From a phage, in NCBI GenBank assembly GCA_012628545.1, contig GCA_012628545.1_3035.1: a DNA stretch of 64,000 nucleotides; one strand, given 5' to 3'. Below are positions 23,368 to 32,844 of this stretch, one piece after another; position 1 is the first letter of the stretch; each line of letters opens with the position of its first letter. The notes under the pieces were generated by a model. That model saw only the letters and a list, made by a program, of their open reading frames with translations. It was not told the DNA's origin and searched no databases. Position numbers and translations under genes: made by a program.

Positions 23368-23919
23368 ATGAAAATCTATCATTATTATTTTGACACTAAA
23401 GAATTTTACAAAGAAGAAAATTACAAACCTGTTAAAGGTCTCGGTCTTCCTGCTCATTCAACAATTAAAAAACCTTTAGAACCTAAAGAAGGATACGCAG
23501 TTGTATTTGATGAACGTACTCAAGATTGGATTTATGAAGAAGACCATCGCGGCAAACGAGCATGGACTTTTAATAAAGAAGAAATTTTTATAAGTGACAT
23601 TGGAAGCCCGGTTGGTATAACCTTTGATGAGCCCGGCGAATTTGATATATGGACTGATGACGGTTGGAAAGAAGACGAAACATATAAACGCGTTTTAATT
23701 CGCAATAGAAAAATTGAAGAATTATACAAAGAATTTCAAGTTTTAAATAATATGATTGAAGCTTCTGTCGCGAATAAAAAGGAAAAATTCTATTATAAAA
23801 ACCTTAAGCGATTCTTTGCTCTTTTAGAAAAGCATGAGCATTTAGGTGGTGAATTTCCCGCATGGCCTGAAAAAGAACGGAAACCTTGGTATAAGCGTTT
23901 ATTCAAGCATTACGTATAA
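23368..23919 (+). CDS. 38: gp38 tail fibre assembly chaperone (T4 type)
   Basis: 183 aa MKIYHYYFDTKEFYKEENYKPVKGLGLPAH...; size and sequence of the T4-type (chaperone) gp38 rather than T2-type adhesin. Confidence 0.85.
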   Translation: MKIYHYYFDTKEFYKEENYKPVKGLGLPAHSTIKKPLEPKEGYAVVFDERTQDWIYEEDHRGKRAWTFNKEEIFISDIGSPVGITFDEPGEFDIWTDDGWKEDETYKRVLIRNRKIEELYKEFQVLNNMIEASVANKKEKFYYKNLKRFFALLEKHEHLGGEFPAWPEKERKPWYKRLFKHYV

Positions 23920-23922
23920 ATA
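23915..23922 (+). promoter_or_regulatory. late promoter (TATAAATA) for holin t
   Basis: Exact TATAAATA inside the last codons of gene 38, 18 nt upstream of t ATG. Confidence 0.7.
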
Positions 23923-23939
23923 TCTTAAAAGGAGGGTCT

Positions 23940-24596
23940 ATGGCAGCACCTAGAATATCATTTTCGCCCTCTGATATTCTGTTTGGTGTTCTAGATCGCT
24001 TGTTCAAAGATAACGCTACCGGGAAAGTTCTTGCTTCCCGGGTAGCTGTCGTAATTCTTTTATTTATGATGGCGATTGTTTGGTATAGGGGAGATAGTTT
24101 CTTTGAGTACTATAAGCAATCAAAGTATGAAACATACAGTGAAATTATTGAAAAGGAAAGAAATGCACGCTTTGAATCTGTCGCCCTGGAACAACTCCAG
24201 ATAGTTCATATATCATCTGAGGCAGACTTTAGTGCGGTGTATTCTTTCCGCCCTAAAAACTTAAACTATTTTGTTGATATTATAGCATACGAAGGAAGAT
24301 TACCTTCAACAATAACTGAAAAATCACTTGGAGGATATCCTGTTGATAAAACTATGGATGAATATACAGTTCATTTAAATGGACGTCATTATTATTCCAA
24401 CTCAAAATTTGCTTTTTTACCAACTAAAAAGCCTACTCCCGAAATAAACTACATGTACAGTTGTCCATATTTTAATTTGGATAATATCTATGCTGGAACG
24501 ATAACCATGTACTGGTATAGAAATGATCATATAAGTAATGACCGCCTTGAATCAATATGTGCTCAGGCGGCCAGAATATTAGGAAGGGCTAAATAA
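23940..24596 (+). CDS. t: holin T
   Basis: 218 aa; single N-proximal TMD (VAVVILLFMMAIVWY) and large periplasmic domain; late promoter inside 3' end of gene 38. Confidence 0.9.
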   Translation: MAAPRISFSPSDILFGVLDRLFKDNATGKVLASRVAVVILLFMMAIVWYRGDSFFEYYKQSKYETYSEIIEKERNARFESVALEQLQIVHISSEADFSAVYSFRPKNLNYFVDIIAYEGRLPSTITEKSLGGYPVDKTMDEYTVHLNGRHYYSNSKFAFLPTKKPTPEINYMYSCPYFNLDNIYAGTITMYWYRNDHISNDRLESICAQAARILGRAK

Positions 24597-24869
24597 TTAT
24601 TTGTTCGTATACATCTCTAGATATCGATATACACCCTCAAAACCCTCGTTGAATTCGTCGATGAGGGTTTTCTTATCTTCTTGAGTTAATTCAGAAACAA
24701 TTTTACGGAATGAATTCTGATTTAATTTTCTACCTTCATGCGTTACTCCAATCTCATTCAGAAATGCAATAAAATTAGCACGATTCTCAACAATATCTTC
24801 TCGGGAAAATTTAATCAAAATAGACGCAACAGTAATAATTTCACGAACTGTATCAATGTTTTTATTCAT
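24597..24869 (-). CDS. asiA: AsiA anti-sigma70 factor
   Basis: 90 aa MNKNIDTVREIITVASILIKFSREDIVENRANFIAFL... recognised; convergent with t. Confidence 0.9.
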   Translation of the reverse strand: MNKNIDTVREIITVASILIKFSREDIVENRANFIAFLNEIGVTHEGRKLNQNSFRKIVSELTQEDKKTLIDEFNEGFEGVYRYLEMYTNK

Positions 24870-25030
24870 TAACTATACCACTCAATTAGTTGACTTTATT
24901 ATAATATCATCAGACACTTGATTTGTAAACTGATCTGTGTTATTTTCTTTAAAAATTTTTTCTACGAATTCCTTGAACGACTCACGTTCCTGAGCTACAT
25001 TATGCTCGATTACCTTTTCAAGATTATGAC

Positions 25031-25309
25031 TCATTCGAAATAATCTTCAATTTCATAATCATGGACATAAATCATTATAGTTTTTAATACATCATCAATA
25101 CTTTTTCCTGGAGCTGGAATTACGTAAAAATATCCTGCTTTTGAGAGGTCTTTGTAAGTTCCAATCAAGAAATCATTATTCTCAAGATGTAGTTCTTCAA
25201 CTAATTCATTAACAATTGAGTGGTATAAATTTGGTAGAAACTTATATAGCTTTTCTAGAATATCAATTTTGATTGTATATTGAACCACGGACTGAGAATC
25301 AATAATCAT
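25031..25309 (-). CDS. arn: Arn-like anti-restriction (McrBC inhibitor) protein
   Basis: 92 aa acidic protein in the position following asiA; size matches T4 Arn; sequence identity not verifiable from memory. Confidence 0.55.
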   Translation of the reverse strand: MIIDSQSVVQYTIKIDILEKLYKFLPNLYHSIVNELVEELHLENNDFLIGTYKDLSKAGYFYVIPAPGKSIDDVLKTIMIYVHDYEIEDYFE

Positions 25310-25392
25310 AGACCTTCCCCTTATGTTTCTGTTTGCGATTAGATTCTTTAAACGCTTTCTTCTTATCTTTATGAACAGAAGCTTTATTAAAA

Positions 25393-25611
25393 TTATGTTT
25401 TGCGACTAAATTGTTCATAGTGCTGAATTACCTCTCTTAAACATTTGCATGTGAATGAAAACTTTTTAGCTACACCACATTCAAATATATGTTCTCTTAA
25501 ATCGCGTGTATCGGTATATCCCATCTCAACAATAAAGTGCCTTATCAGATTTTTATCTTTATCATTCAGAGAGTTAAAATAGTCAGATTTTGAATTAATT
25601 TCCCTGGCCAA
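25393..25611 (-). CDS. hypothetical protein, 72 aa
   Basis: ORF in arn-to-motA spacer; several Cys (CGVAKKFSFTCKC). Confidence 0.4.
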   Translation of the reverse strand: MAREINSKSDYFNSLNDKDKNLIRHFIVEMGYTDTRDLREHIFECGVAKKFSFTCKCLREVIQHYEQFSRKT

Positions 25612-25891
25612 ATTGAATCACCTTCAGTTGACGTTTTAGCTCTTTTATCATCTCTTCGTTCATCGCAATATAAAGATCGCGTAAAGCAGGTTTTAGCATG
25701 TCATTTATTATAGAACTAAATGGACATACATAATCTTTTCCTACAAGCTTTTTGGTGAATTCCATATCGCAGAACTTAAATCCCGGCTCATTGGTATAAA
25801 TTCCCCAATTAGTTGACATCATTTTATTAGCATATTCCAGTGCCTGGATTTGATTCATAATTCCATCGATTTGAAACTTTTTAATATTCAT
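25595..25891 (-). CDS. hypothetical protein, 98 aa
   Basis: ORF in arn-to-motA spacer. Confidence 0.4.
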   Translation of the reverse strand: MNIKKFQIDGIMNQIQALEYANKMMSTNWGIYTNEPGFKFCDMEFTKKLVGKDYVCPFSSIINDMLKPALRDLYIAMNEEMIKELKRQLKVIQFGQGN

Positions 25892-26352
25892 TAGTAAAGG
25901 TCCTCAGAGTAAAGTTCTTTTTCACTACCACCGCGTTCAATACGTACTTGTCCGGCGTAAGTTGCAATAATCATTGCTTCTTCACGTGTCCAATAATTAC
26001 TATATTGGTCAATAAACCCTTGGTCATCATCACAAACTTGCTGAGTAACTAATTGAGGTTTAACTACATCTAAAACTTCTGCCATATCTTTAGAATAATG
26101 ACGAGCACCTGGAATAATAAGAGTTCGTCCATCTTTTAATTTAAAACGGTTGGCTGCGCAAACAATTCGTCGTTGATATTTTTGATTTTCGTCCCAATAT
26201 GCAGACTGCCAACAGATTTCAGGAACTTCTTTCAGAATATCTTCTTCTGTGCATTTATAACCATGCGCTTTAAATTTTTCAACAAGACTTTCTGGAGTCT
26301 CACGAGATAAAGGAACATTCAACATTTTTAAACGATTAATAAATGGGTTCAT
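25891..26352 (-). CDS. hypothetical protein, 153 aa
   Basis: ORF in arn-to-motA spacer; ATGA-type overlaps with neighbours. Confidence 0.45.
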   Translation of the reverse strand: MNPFINRLKMLNVPLSRETPESLVEKFKAHGYKCTEEDILKEVPEICWQSAYWDENQKYQRRIVCAANRFKLKDGRTLIIPGARHYSKDMAEVLDVVKPQLVTQQVCDDDQGFIDQYSNYWTREEAMIIATYAGQVRIERGGSEKELYSEDLY

Positions 26353-26678
26353 TTAAACCATCCTTTAATACGCTGCCACAAAGTTTTCTGTTGAGCTTTG
26401 TTAACACCAATTGAGCGAATAACTGGTTGAGATTCCTGGAATTCTTTATAATCAGCAAGGTAAATTTCATAAGCCGCTTGAACAAAAGTACTGATCGCTG
26501 CCATAAAGTTCTTGCGAATTCCCATAGAGGCTTCAGAACCGCCACGGATGATTAAATATTTACCAGTCTTAATCTTTACGATACTTCCAAGATAAGCTCC
26601 ATGGTACCAGATATCCCAACCCTCTTGAGTAGGTTCTGCACAACGACGAAGTTCATTGATAATTTCTAACTTGTTCAT
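26349..26678 (-). CDS. hypothetical protein, 109 aa
   Basis: ORF immediately downstream of motA. Confidence 0.45.
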   Translation of the reverse strand: MNKLEIINELRRCAEPTQEGWDIWYHGAYLGSIVKIKTGKYLIIRGGSEASMGIRKNFMAAISTFVQAAYEIYLADYKEFQESQPVIRSIGVNKAQQKTLWQRIKGWFK

Positions 26679-26688
26679 TATTTATTCC

Positions 26689-27324
26689 TCACAGTTCAGA
26701 TGCTACAGTGATTACAGCTTCAATGTTTTCTGCTGAACGTTTAATGTCAAGATACACATTACCGTTTTTAGCGATTTTACATGACATTCCGATATCAGTA
26801 AATTTCTGAATATGATGTTCCATCATTTTGTATCCAAAAATTCGCATGTTTCCATTGTTGTTAATTTCAAAATTACGAATTCCGTGAGTGCGTTTTTCTA
26901 AAATAGCGAGATAGTTACTGCGATAAGTTTCGACCTTTTTAAGAACAAATCCATTTTCATCTAAAAGTTTTAACATGAAGTCTTTATCTTCTTCCATATC
27001 AGAAGTAATCTCACGAGATTTACGAGTTGCTCGTTTTTTCAGCAGTTCCGGAGCATTTTCCTGTGCGTATAAAGTTGCTGCGTTTGAAATAATATCCTGA
27101 GCTTCACCAGTAATGATTAATCCATCACCAGATTTCTCTACCAGGCCCTTTTTAATCAATACACCAATATTACTATTAACTACTGCGTTACCTAAATCTG
27201 GATGCACCTCACGAACTTCTGCAGCTGTAATGAAATCTTTCTTAGCAATAGTAATTAAAATCGCAGCAGTTTTTTCATTCAGAACATCGTTAGAAGCTTT
27301 GATGATGTAAGTTACTTTAGACAT
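26689..27324 (-). CDS. motA: MotA middle-transcription activator
   Basis: 211 aa MSKVTYIIKASNDVLNEKTAAILITIAKKDFITAAEVREV...; early promoter cassette immediately upstream. Confidence 0.9.
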   Translation of the reverse strand: MSKVTYIIKASNDVLNEKTAAILITIAKKDFITAAEVREVHPDLGNAVVNSNIGVLIKKGLVEKSGDGLIITGEAQDIISNAATLYAQENAPELLKKRATRKSREITSDMEEDKDFMLKLLDENGFVLKKVETYRSNYLAILEKRTHGIRNFEINNNGNMRIFGYKMMEHHIQKFTDIGMSCKIAKNGNVYLDIKRSAENIEAVITVASEL

Positions 27325-27365
27325 TTTCTAATCTCCGTAATTCTGTATCAGTAGTTGATAGTTGT

Positions 27366-27395
27366 ATAGTACCACAGTATGCTTTGGTTGTAAAC
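27366..27395 (-). promoter_or_regulatory. early promoter cassette upstream of motA
   Basis: GTTTAC-N18-TGGTACTAT; conserved flanking GTAGTTGATAGTTGTATAGTACCAC on plus strand. Confidence 0.65.
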
Positions 27396-27428
27396 CGTTT
27401 TGTGAAAAAATTTTTGAAATAAAAAAAA

Positions 27429-27448
27429 GGGAGAGCCTCGGCTCTCCC
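27429..27448 (-). terminator. intrinsic terminator downstream of gene 52 operon
   Basis: GGGAGAGCC-TC-GGCTCTCCC hairpin followed on the minus strand by TTTTTTTT. Confidence 0.7.
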
Positions 27449-27453
27449 TAAAA

Positions 27454-27603
27454 TTACTGCATGACTGTGATAACTGTCATGATAACACGTTGAATTCCGA
27501 ACGCAAGAAGACCTCCTGCTACGGCTGGAACAACACCTAAACCCGCCAGTAAAATGCTACCAGATACTAATGCAGCGCTTGTAATACCAATGAATGGACT
27601 CAT
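27454..27603 (-). CDS. small hydrophobic membrane peptide, 49 aa
   Basis: MSPFIGITSAALVSGSILLAGLGVVPAVAGGLLAFGIQRVIMTVITVMQ; ATG overlaps the TGA of gene 52 (ATGA); followed by a strong hairpin terminator. Confidence 0.4.
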   Translation of the reverse strand: MSPFIGITSAALVSGSILLAGLGVVPAVAGGLLAFGIQRVIMTVITVMQ

Positions 27604-28928
27604 TTGATTTCCTCTAAATCTTTGGTGTATTCGGTAACTACATCAGTAGTTTTCCAATATTCGTTTTCTTCTTTTTTAGCTTTAGCTTCTTCAGCAAGTT
27701 TCTTTGCTTCATCGGAAGTCATATGAAAAATATTCATTCCAACTAGTTTATCAACATAAGAAGAATACATATCGATTTTCGAAAGTTCTTCGGTCAGTTC
27801 TTTACGAGTTTTACCCTGTACAACAATTTCACCTGAAATTACTTTCTTAATGAAATGTGCCTTGGCAAAGGCTAAACGAAAAGCTGACTCAGTTTCTTTG
27901 ATTTTGTTATCAATTCGTTTTTGGACATAAGTTTTACGAACTTCAACAAAGTCTTTGATTAAATCAACTACGTTATCGTAAACTTGTAGTTTTCCTTTCT
28001 CATTAATAACCGTAATATTCTGAGAACGACGCTCAATCAACCCGAAGTCTTTCATAATTTTTGCATGGCGTTCTTCTTCGTTATCGCTCAAAGAATATTC
28101 TTTGCGGAATTTAACTTTGAATCCAAAACCGTGCTCACCACAAGCATCATCCCATGTAATGAAGCCTTTATCTTCAAGTGGGTCTAAGATTTTACTCACA
28201 TAAGTTTCACGATCATACTTATACGGAATCTCAGTGATATGCATTTGAGTTCGTGAAGTAAACTTGTACGTTCCACGAATTTCATATTGACCGTCAATCT
28301 CAACGACTTCACCACGAAATTCTGGGAATTCTACCTTCGGTTTAGTTACTTTCTTTCCTTGAAGAGCTTGCAGTACAGCTTTCTTGACAGAAGAAACACT
28401 ATGAGGAAGAATGTAAGTTGCATAACCAGTTGCAATACCGGAAACACCATTAAGAAGAACAGTAGGAATAATAGGCAAATAGAAAGCAGGCGGAATGTGT
28501 TCTTTATCTTGATGTACCGGAGCATATTCAGTATCTTTATATACGTTATAGAAATTTTTACTTACACGAGCAAAAATATAACGACTTGCTGCTGCTTTTT
28601 GGACGGTACGAGAACCAAAGTTTCCTTGACCATCTAACAGAGGAAAGTTATTATTCCAAGTGTTAGCCATCAAAGCACCTGCATCTTGTGCAGAGTTTTC
28701 ACCATGATGATATCCAAGGTCCGCTACACCACCTGCAATAGAAGCGAGTTTATGAAATTTATCTTTATTTCCTCGTGCCAAATCAAGAGCTCGAGCAATA
28801 ACAAATCGTTGAACTGGCTTAAATCCGTCAATCATATTTGGGATAGCACGATTTTCAACCGTGTACATAGCATAAGCCAGTGCTTCATTATCAATGATAC
28901 TTTTTAAATCGCGATTATTCAGTTGCAT
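27600..28928 (-). CDS. 52: DNA topoisomerase II medium subunit gp52 (GyrA-like)
   Basis: 442 aa; region DGFKPVQRFVI...; active-site tyrosine-containing GyrA-homologous region; length equals T4 gp52. Confidence 0.9.
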   Translation of the reverse strand: MQLNNRDLKSIIDNEALAYAMYTVENRAIPNMIDGFKPVQRFVIARALDLARGNKDKFHKLASIAGGVADLGYHHGENSAQDAGALMANTWNNNFPLLDGQGNFGSRTVQKAAASRYIFARVSKNFYNVYKDTEYAPVHQDKEHIPPAFYLPIIPTVLLNGVSGIATGYATYILPHSVSSVKKAVLQALQGKKVTKPKVEFPEFRGEVVEIDGQYEIRGTYKFTSRTQMHITEIPYKYDRETYVSKILDPLEDKGFITWDDACGEHGFGFKVKFRKEYSLSDNEEERHAKIMKDFGLIERRSQNITVINEKGKLQVYDNVVDLIKDFVEVRKTYVQKRIDNKIKETESAFRLAFAKAHFIKKVISGEIVVQGKTRKELTEELSKIDMYSSYVDKLVGMNIFHMTSDEAKKLAEEAKAKKEENEYWKTTDVVTEYTKDLEEIK

Positions 28929-28932
28929 AAAT

Positions 28933-29073
28933 TTACCATACTAGTGAATGTAGTGCCATAATAACATCAGAAATGAAAAGCACGACTTGAATTAATCCGA
29001 ACATTATTCCGTAATATAACGCTACCAATAAAGTAGCAAGGGCTAGTGAATAGCCCAAGATTTTCTTAATCAT
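28933..29073 (-). CDS. small hydrophobic membrane peptide, 46 aa
   Basis: Hand-translated: MIKKILGYSLALATLLVALYYGIMFGLIQVVLFISDVIMALHSLVW; below the ORF-track size cutoff. Confidence 0.35.
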   Translation of the reverse strand: MIKKILGYSLALATLLVALYYGIMFGLIQVVLFISDVIMALHSLVW

Positions 29074-29224
29074 TAGTAGATAACAACACAAATGTTAAAT
29101 ATGCACACATACCCTGGGCTAAAGCTTGTGAAAACACACTGCTGGCATCAATACAGATAGTTAAAACACATGCTACTATCCAACAAATAAATGAAATAAC
29201 TCCTAATAATTTTGCGATATTCAT
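29066..29224 (-). CDS. ac: small membrane protein, 52 aa (Ac-like, acridine sensitivity)
   Basis: Hand-translated: MNIAKLLGVISFICWIVACVLTICIDASSVFSQALAQGMCAYLTFVLLSTND; position between 52 and stp; assignment by size and position only. Confidence 0.45.
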   Translation of the reverse strand: MNIAKLLGVISFICWIVACVLTICIDASSVFSQALAQGMCAYLTFVLLSTND

Positions 29225-29231
29225 ATTTTCC

Positions 29232-29312
29232 TCACTGGCGTCCGAAGACGCCTTTAGTTTTAAGATTGTTACGATAAAACTGCATCACATGTTCGTTGTG
29301 GAAATTACTCAT
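29232..29312 (-). CDS. stp: Stp peptide (26 aa; modulator of host restriction / PrrC anticodon nuclease)
   Basis: Hand-translated [26 protein letters not shown], matching the remembered T4 Stp sequence; start overlaps ndd stop. Confidence 0.8.
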
Positions 29313-29755
29313 TAATATGCCTGCAAAACGAATTTAAAGTTATCAGCCAACATACGGTTCATTTCTTCAAGTGTTTGATACTCAGAATGATGATTACGAG
29401 TAAACGCCAAAGCTAACTGACCTTTACCAAATCCTGTCGTCAGAGGTTTCATCTTAGAAGCAGGCAGATAAAATACTGTGTATGGAACATTGTTATTTGC
29501 AATAGTACGCGCAAGTTGAGACCGGCGTTGACGAATATGACTTAGAACTGCGCTGAATCCTTGCTTAGAACGCTGATTACCCACATAAAATCGTGCGGAT
29601 ACGCATGAACCATCGAATTCATTTACTAAAAAGTAAAATCCAGGTTTAGATAAAATATCTTTATGCGGAGTTCCCAAAAACCACTCACCACCCTTGATTG
29701 TACCAATAACAGTAGCGCCTGCATTATTCAGATCAGTAACAGTCATATATTTCAT
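29312..29755 (-). CDS. ndd: Ndd nucleoid disruption protein
   Basis: [33 protein letters not shown]...; start taken at internal Met of the track ORF (147 aa). Confidence 0.8.
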
Positions 29756-29813
29756 GTTAATTTCCTCTAAATTATTTTCTACTCCAAGGCCGCATGAATA
29801 CGCGGCCATTAAA

Positions 29814-30029
29814 TTAATCGTCGCAGTCGACGCTCAATTCCCAGAATTCTTCTACGGTGTAAGTTTCAGTATCATTTTCAATACAGAAACGTTCATTACT
29901 ATTATTTGCTAAAGTAGCATTAACTGTCGGTTTCTCGCTAGTGCTCTTAAGAGGTGAAATACGAATTAACTGATCACCGTTATCTAAACAGAAAATTTCA
30001 CCAACTTTTACATCTTTAAAACTTTTCAT
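29814..30029 (-). CDS. hypothetical protein, 71 aa
   Basis: ORF upstream of ndd (ndd.x position). Confidence 0.4.
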   Translation of the reverse strand: MKSFKDVKVGEIFCLDNGDQLIRISPLKSTSEKPTVNATLANNSNERFCIENDTETYTVEEFWELSVDCDD

Positions 30030-30144
30030 AATTCACCTCAAGGAGTATAAAATCCAAATGCAGTTGTTGACCATCCCATCCAATATGGGAAATTTGCACC
30101 AATGTAAAACATAAGAATATAAAACCAACCGCTCAACAAATTCA

Positions 30145-30363
30145 TCATTTTACACCATTCCAAATTGTTTCAACTACGGATTTTAAACCATTTTGATGAA
30201 TGTCCATTCCGACTACCGCCATCAAATAGATTCCAACTACAACTGAACCTAAGGCAAAAATCAGCATGAAAATGAATAAAGCCGGAAAAATATTATCGAA
30301 AAACCATTCAATAAATGTAAAAGCATTGCGTTTACGCTTCATATTTTCCTCACATAAATCCAA
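30145..30363 (-). CDS. small membrane protein, 72 aa
   Basis: Two predicted TM helices (IFPALFIFMLIFALGSVVVGIYLMAVVG). Confidence 0.4.
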   Translation of the reverse strand: MDLCEENMKRKRNAFTFIEWFFDNIFPALFIFMLIFALGSVVVGIYLMAVVGMDIHQNGLKSVVETIWNGVK

Positions 30364-30463
30364 AGTAAACGTTTAATACATCAATCATTAAAACGATTGG
30401 GAATATACTCAAAACTATTAGTATTATAACTACATTCCATATAGCTTTAATAATCTTTTTCAT
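30350..30463 (-). CDS. small hydrophobic peptide, about 37 aa
   Basis: Track ORF 30350..30598 reads through a promoter cassette; true start likely MKKIIKAIWNVVIILIVLSIFPIVLMIDVLNVYFGFM. Confidence 0.35.
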   Translation of the reverse strand: MKKIIKAIWNVVIILIVLSIFPIVLMIDVLNVYFGFM

Positions 30464-30491
30464 TTTCTGTTCCTCCGTAGTTGATAGGGTA

Positions 30492-30521
30492 ATAGTACCA
30501 CGGAAGAACAGTCTTGTAAAC
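30492..30521 (-). promoter_or_regulatory. early promoter cassette
   Basis: GTTTAC-N18-TACTAT family member. Confidence 0.55.
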
Positions 30522-30706
30522 AACTTTTTTAAAAATATTCGTAATAAATGTGAATACCAACTACTACCGCTGAAACCTGTGCAACCCACCATGCACAAGC
30601 AATAAGTACAGAATTTAAAATTTTCATAATAACCTCATTACAAAAGTAAATGTTAAACAAATTACTGGAATACTAATTAACCAAACAAAACACCACCATA
30701 GTGAAC

Positions 30707-30970
30707 TCATAGCTCAATCTCAATGATTTCAAGATTATTTTCTTTAATAGCTTTCTTTAAATCATCGTAAATAAGAACTTCCCAAGAATTGTTTAAATCA
30801 CCATTCAACAAACGCTCTTGTTGCAATTTATCAGTAAGATACGGTTGATCTGATTCATATTTAGACAATCCCAATGAAATAAATGATGTTGCATCGTCAA
30901 TTTCAGAATATTGTACATGAACAAATTCACCTGTGATTTTATGTTTAACATAAAAGAATTTAAATTTCAT
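30707..30970 (-). CDS. hypothetical protein, 87 aa
   Basis: ORF directly downstream of an early promoter cassette (30999..31028). Confidence 0.45.
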   Translation of the reverse strand: MKFKFFYVKHKITGEFVHVQYSEIDDATSFISLGLSKYESDQPYLTDKLQQERLLNGDLNNSWEVLIYDDLKKAIKENNLEIIEIEL

Positions 30971-30998
30971 TTTCCGCTCCTCCGTAGTTGATAGTTGT

Positions 30999-31028
30999 AT
31001 AGTACCACGGTCCTTGTGGTATGTAAAC
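30999..31028 (-). promoter_or_regulatory. early promoter cassette
   Basis: GTTTAC-N18-TACTAT family member with A/T-rich upstream tract. Confidence 0.6.
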
Positions 31029-31046
31029 TGTTTTGTGAAAAAATTT

Positions 31047-31604
31047 TTAAATGGAAAGATACCATCCGTTGTAGTTGCTTTTTCTTACAACCTTACGAAG
31101 GTCTTCTCTGTCACCGATGAACTTCGGAGTGTACTGGATGACACCTGGATGAATTTCTTTAGTGTTGAATATAATTATACAGTCAGCGACTTGATGATTT
31201 AGAATGGGCCCTAGATTTATTCCAGAACCATATGGATACTCTCCGCTGCATCCTGTTGTTACCGAAATCCAACGTGAGTCAGTTTGATGTGTCTTAACTT
31301 CTACGCGAAGCCCACAGTATTTTGGATGCGCCAATACATCCCATGCATACGTGTACGGATCATCGACATCTTCTTGACCTTTATTAACATACCCGCTTAA
31401 CCAATCTGCTACAAAAAACTCTGCGTACACAGCGATACGACATCTTTCGATAACTTCTGCCTTATCCTGGTTCGGGTTTTGTTTTAAAGAGTATCTTGCT
31501 GTATCAGCAATTTTGACCTTCATTTCATTGGTTAAATCGCTGTTCGATAGAGTAAATGTCGGAATCTGAAATAGTCTCTGCAAACCCGGATTCGTTTTCT
31601 GCAT
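31047..31604 (-). CDS. denB: endonuclease IV
   Basis: 185 aa, same length and position (ndd cluster to rIIB) as T4 DenB. Confidence 0.75.
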   Translation of the reverse strand: MQKTNPGLQRLFQIPTFTLSNSDLTNEMKVKIADTARYSLKQNPNQDKAEVIERCRIAVYAEFFVADWLSGYVNKGQEDVDDPYTYAWDVLAHPKYCGLRVEVKTHQTDSRWISVTTGCSGEYPYGSGINLGPILNHQVADCIIIFNTKEIHPGVIQYTPKFIGDREDLRKVVRKSNYNGWYLSI

Positions 31605-31648
31605 TTAAACTTTCCTTTATGTCGGAATCATAATTTCTCTTAAAACAA

Positions 31649-31664
31649 AAGGGCCGAAGCCCTT
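31649..31664. terminator. GC hairpin (GGGCCGAAGCCC) with U-tracts on both sides
   Basis: AAGGGCCGAAGCCCTT with T-rich flanks in both orientations; between denB and the 64-aa ORF. Confidence 0.5.
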
Positions 31665-31667
31665 ATT

Positions 31668-31862
31668 TTATTTGAATTGTGCGATTCTTTTCTCTAAACA
31701 TTCAGCATAAGATTTCATTGAGATGAACTGTGAAAGCAGTAATTCTTGCTCAACTTCATTAATCGTTAGAAACTTTGTGCTTTCTAAAAATTTGCTCAGT
31801 GCATTAATTTTGAGCATTAATTGATCGTATTCTTCTTTTACTCGTGCTTGATAACCTAACAT
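31668..31862 (-). CDS. hypothetical protein, 64 aa
   Basis: ORF between rIIB and denB, flanked by two GGGCCGAAGCCC hairpins. Confidence 0.4.
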   Translation of the reverse strand: MLGYQARVKEEYDQLMLKINALSKFLESTKFLTINEVEQELLLSQFISMKSYAECLEKRIAQFK

Positions 31863-31880
31863 AATTTTCCTTAATATGAT

Positions 31881-31896
31881 AAGGGCCGAAGCCCTT
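31881..31896. other. GC hairpin (GGGCCGAAGCCC) overlapping rIIB stop codon
   Basis: AAGGGCCGAAGCCCTT; same cassette as 31649 and 62591. Confidence 0.45.
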
Positions 31897-32833
31897 ATTT
31901 AAATTGTTCAGTAACGTCTTCAACTACTTCGTATTGGCAGGTACGCATTTTAGCATCGTTGTAATCAATCGGAATTGATACTACATCACGTGGATGTACT
32001 TTAACTTTTACAACTCGGCTGGTTGAACTGCCAAAGTGACGAATATAAGATTTAGAACACACATGCAGACCACGAGAACAAGTTTGTGTATCATCGTCAT
32101 TCACACGAGTACGTGGCATTTTAACTACTTTACCAGGACTGTTATCAAAGGTGTTTGAGTGACAGTCAAAGTAGTTGTCACGAACTACTTTCCAAGCATA
32201 GAAGTAACCATCTTCTGTAATTTCAATATCGTTTGCTACCAAGAAATCAAAGAGTCGAGATACCGCTTTCTGGCTTGGGTTTTCCAGCAGATTTTCCAAG
32301 AACGGAAAATAAAATTCAAAGTTTTCACCTTTTTCCATCGAGTCAAGAATACGATCAACTAAACCAGATCGCAATTCAATATTTTGATAGAACAAGCTTC
32401 CACCTTCAATTCGAACATCACCGGAAATATATTTTTCAACAGCGCGGCGAACATTAATTTTTTGTGCCGCTTCTTCCAATTTATCTGCAACAAGCAGATT
32501 AAGAATTTCCTGGAAGTTTGAATGAGTATTAGGAGTTGCGTTATAAGTTACACCATCAACAGTAATTGAAATGAATTTTTTAGATGCATTCCAAATAATG
32601 TCAGATTTAGCAACTGGAGCAATAGCTACATCACTCTTAACTTCAACTGTAATGTCACCGCTAATGGTAACTTTAGGACGTTTAGCTTCTTCAGCATTTT
32701 TCAAAACACGACGGATTGTGTCAACCGATACACCTTGCCAATCAGCCAATTCCTGTTGGGTGTAATTACCACTTGAATACAGTTTGACAATTTCAGCTTG
32801 TTCGTTTTTGGTCAGGCATTTAATATTGTACAT
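31895..32833 (-). CDS. rIIB: rIIB protein
   Basis: 312 aa, directly downstream of rIIA; N-terminal region MYNIKCLTKNEQAEIVKLYSSGNYTQQELADWQGVS. Confidence 0.85.
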   Translation of the reverse strand: MYNIKCLTKNEQAEIVKLYSSGNYTQQELADWQGVSVDTIRRVLKNAEEAKRPKVTISGDITVEVKSDVAIAPVAKSDIIWNASKKFISITVDGVTYNATPNTHSNFQEILNLLVADKLEEAAQKINVRRAVEKYISGDVRIEGGSLFYQNIELRSGLVDRILDSMEKGENFEFYFPFLENLLENPSQKAVSRLFDFLVANDIEITEDGYFYAWKVVRDNYFDCHSNTFDNSPGKVVKMPRTRVNDDDTQTCSRGLHVCSKSYIRHFGSSTSRVVKVKVHPRDVVSIPIDYNDAKMRTCQYEVVEDVTEQFK

Positions 32834-32844
32834 AATTTTCCTTA

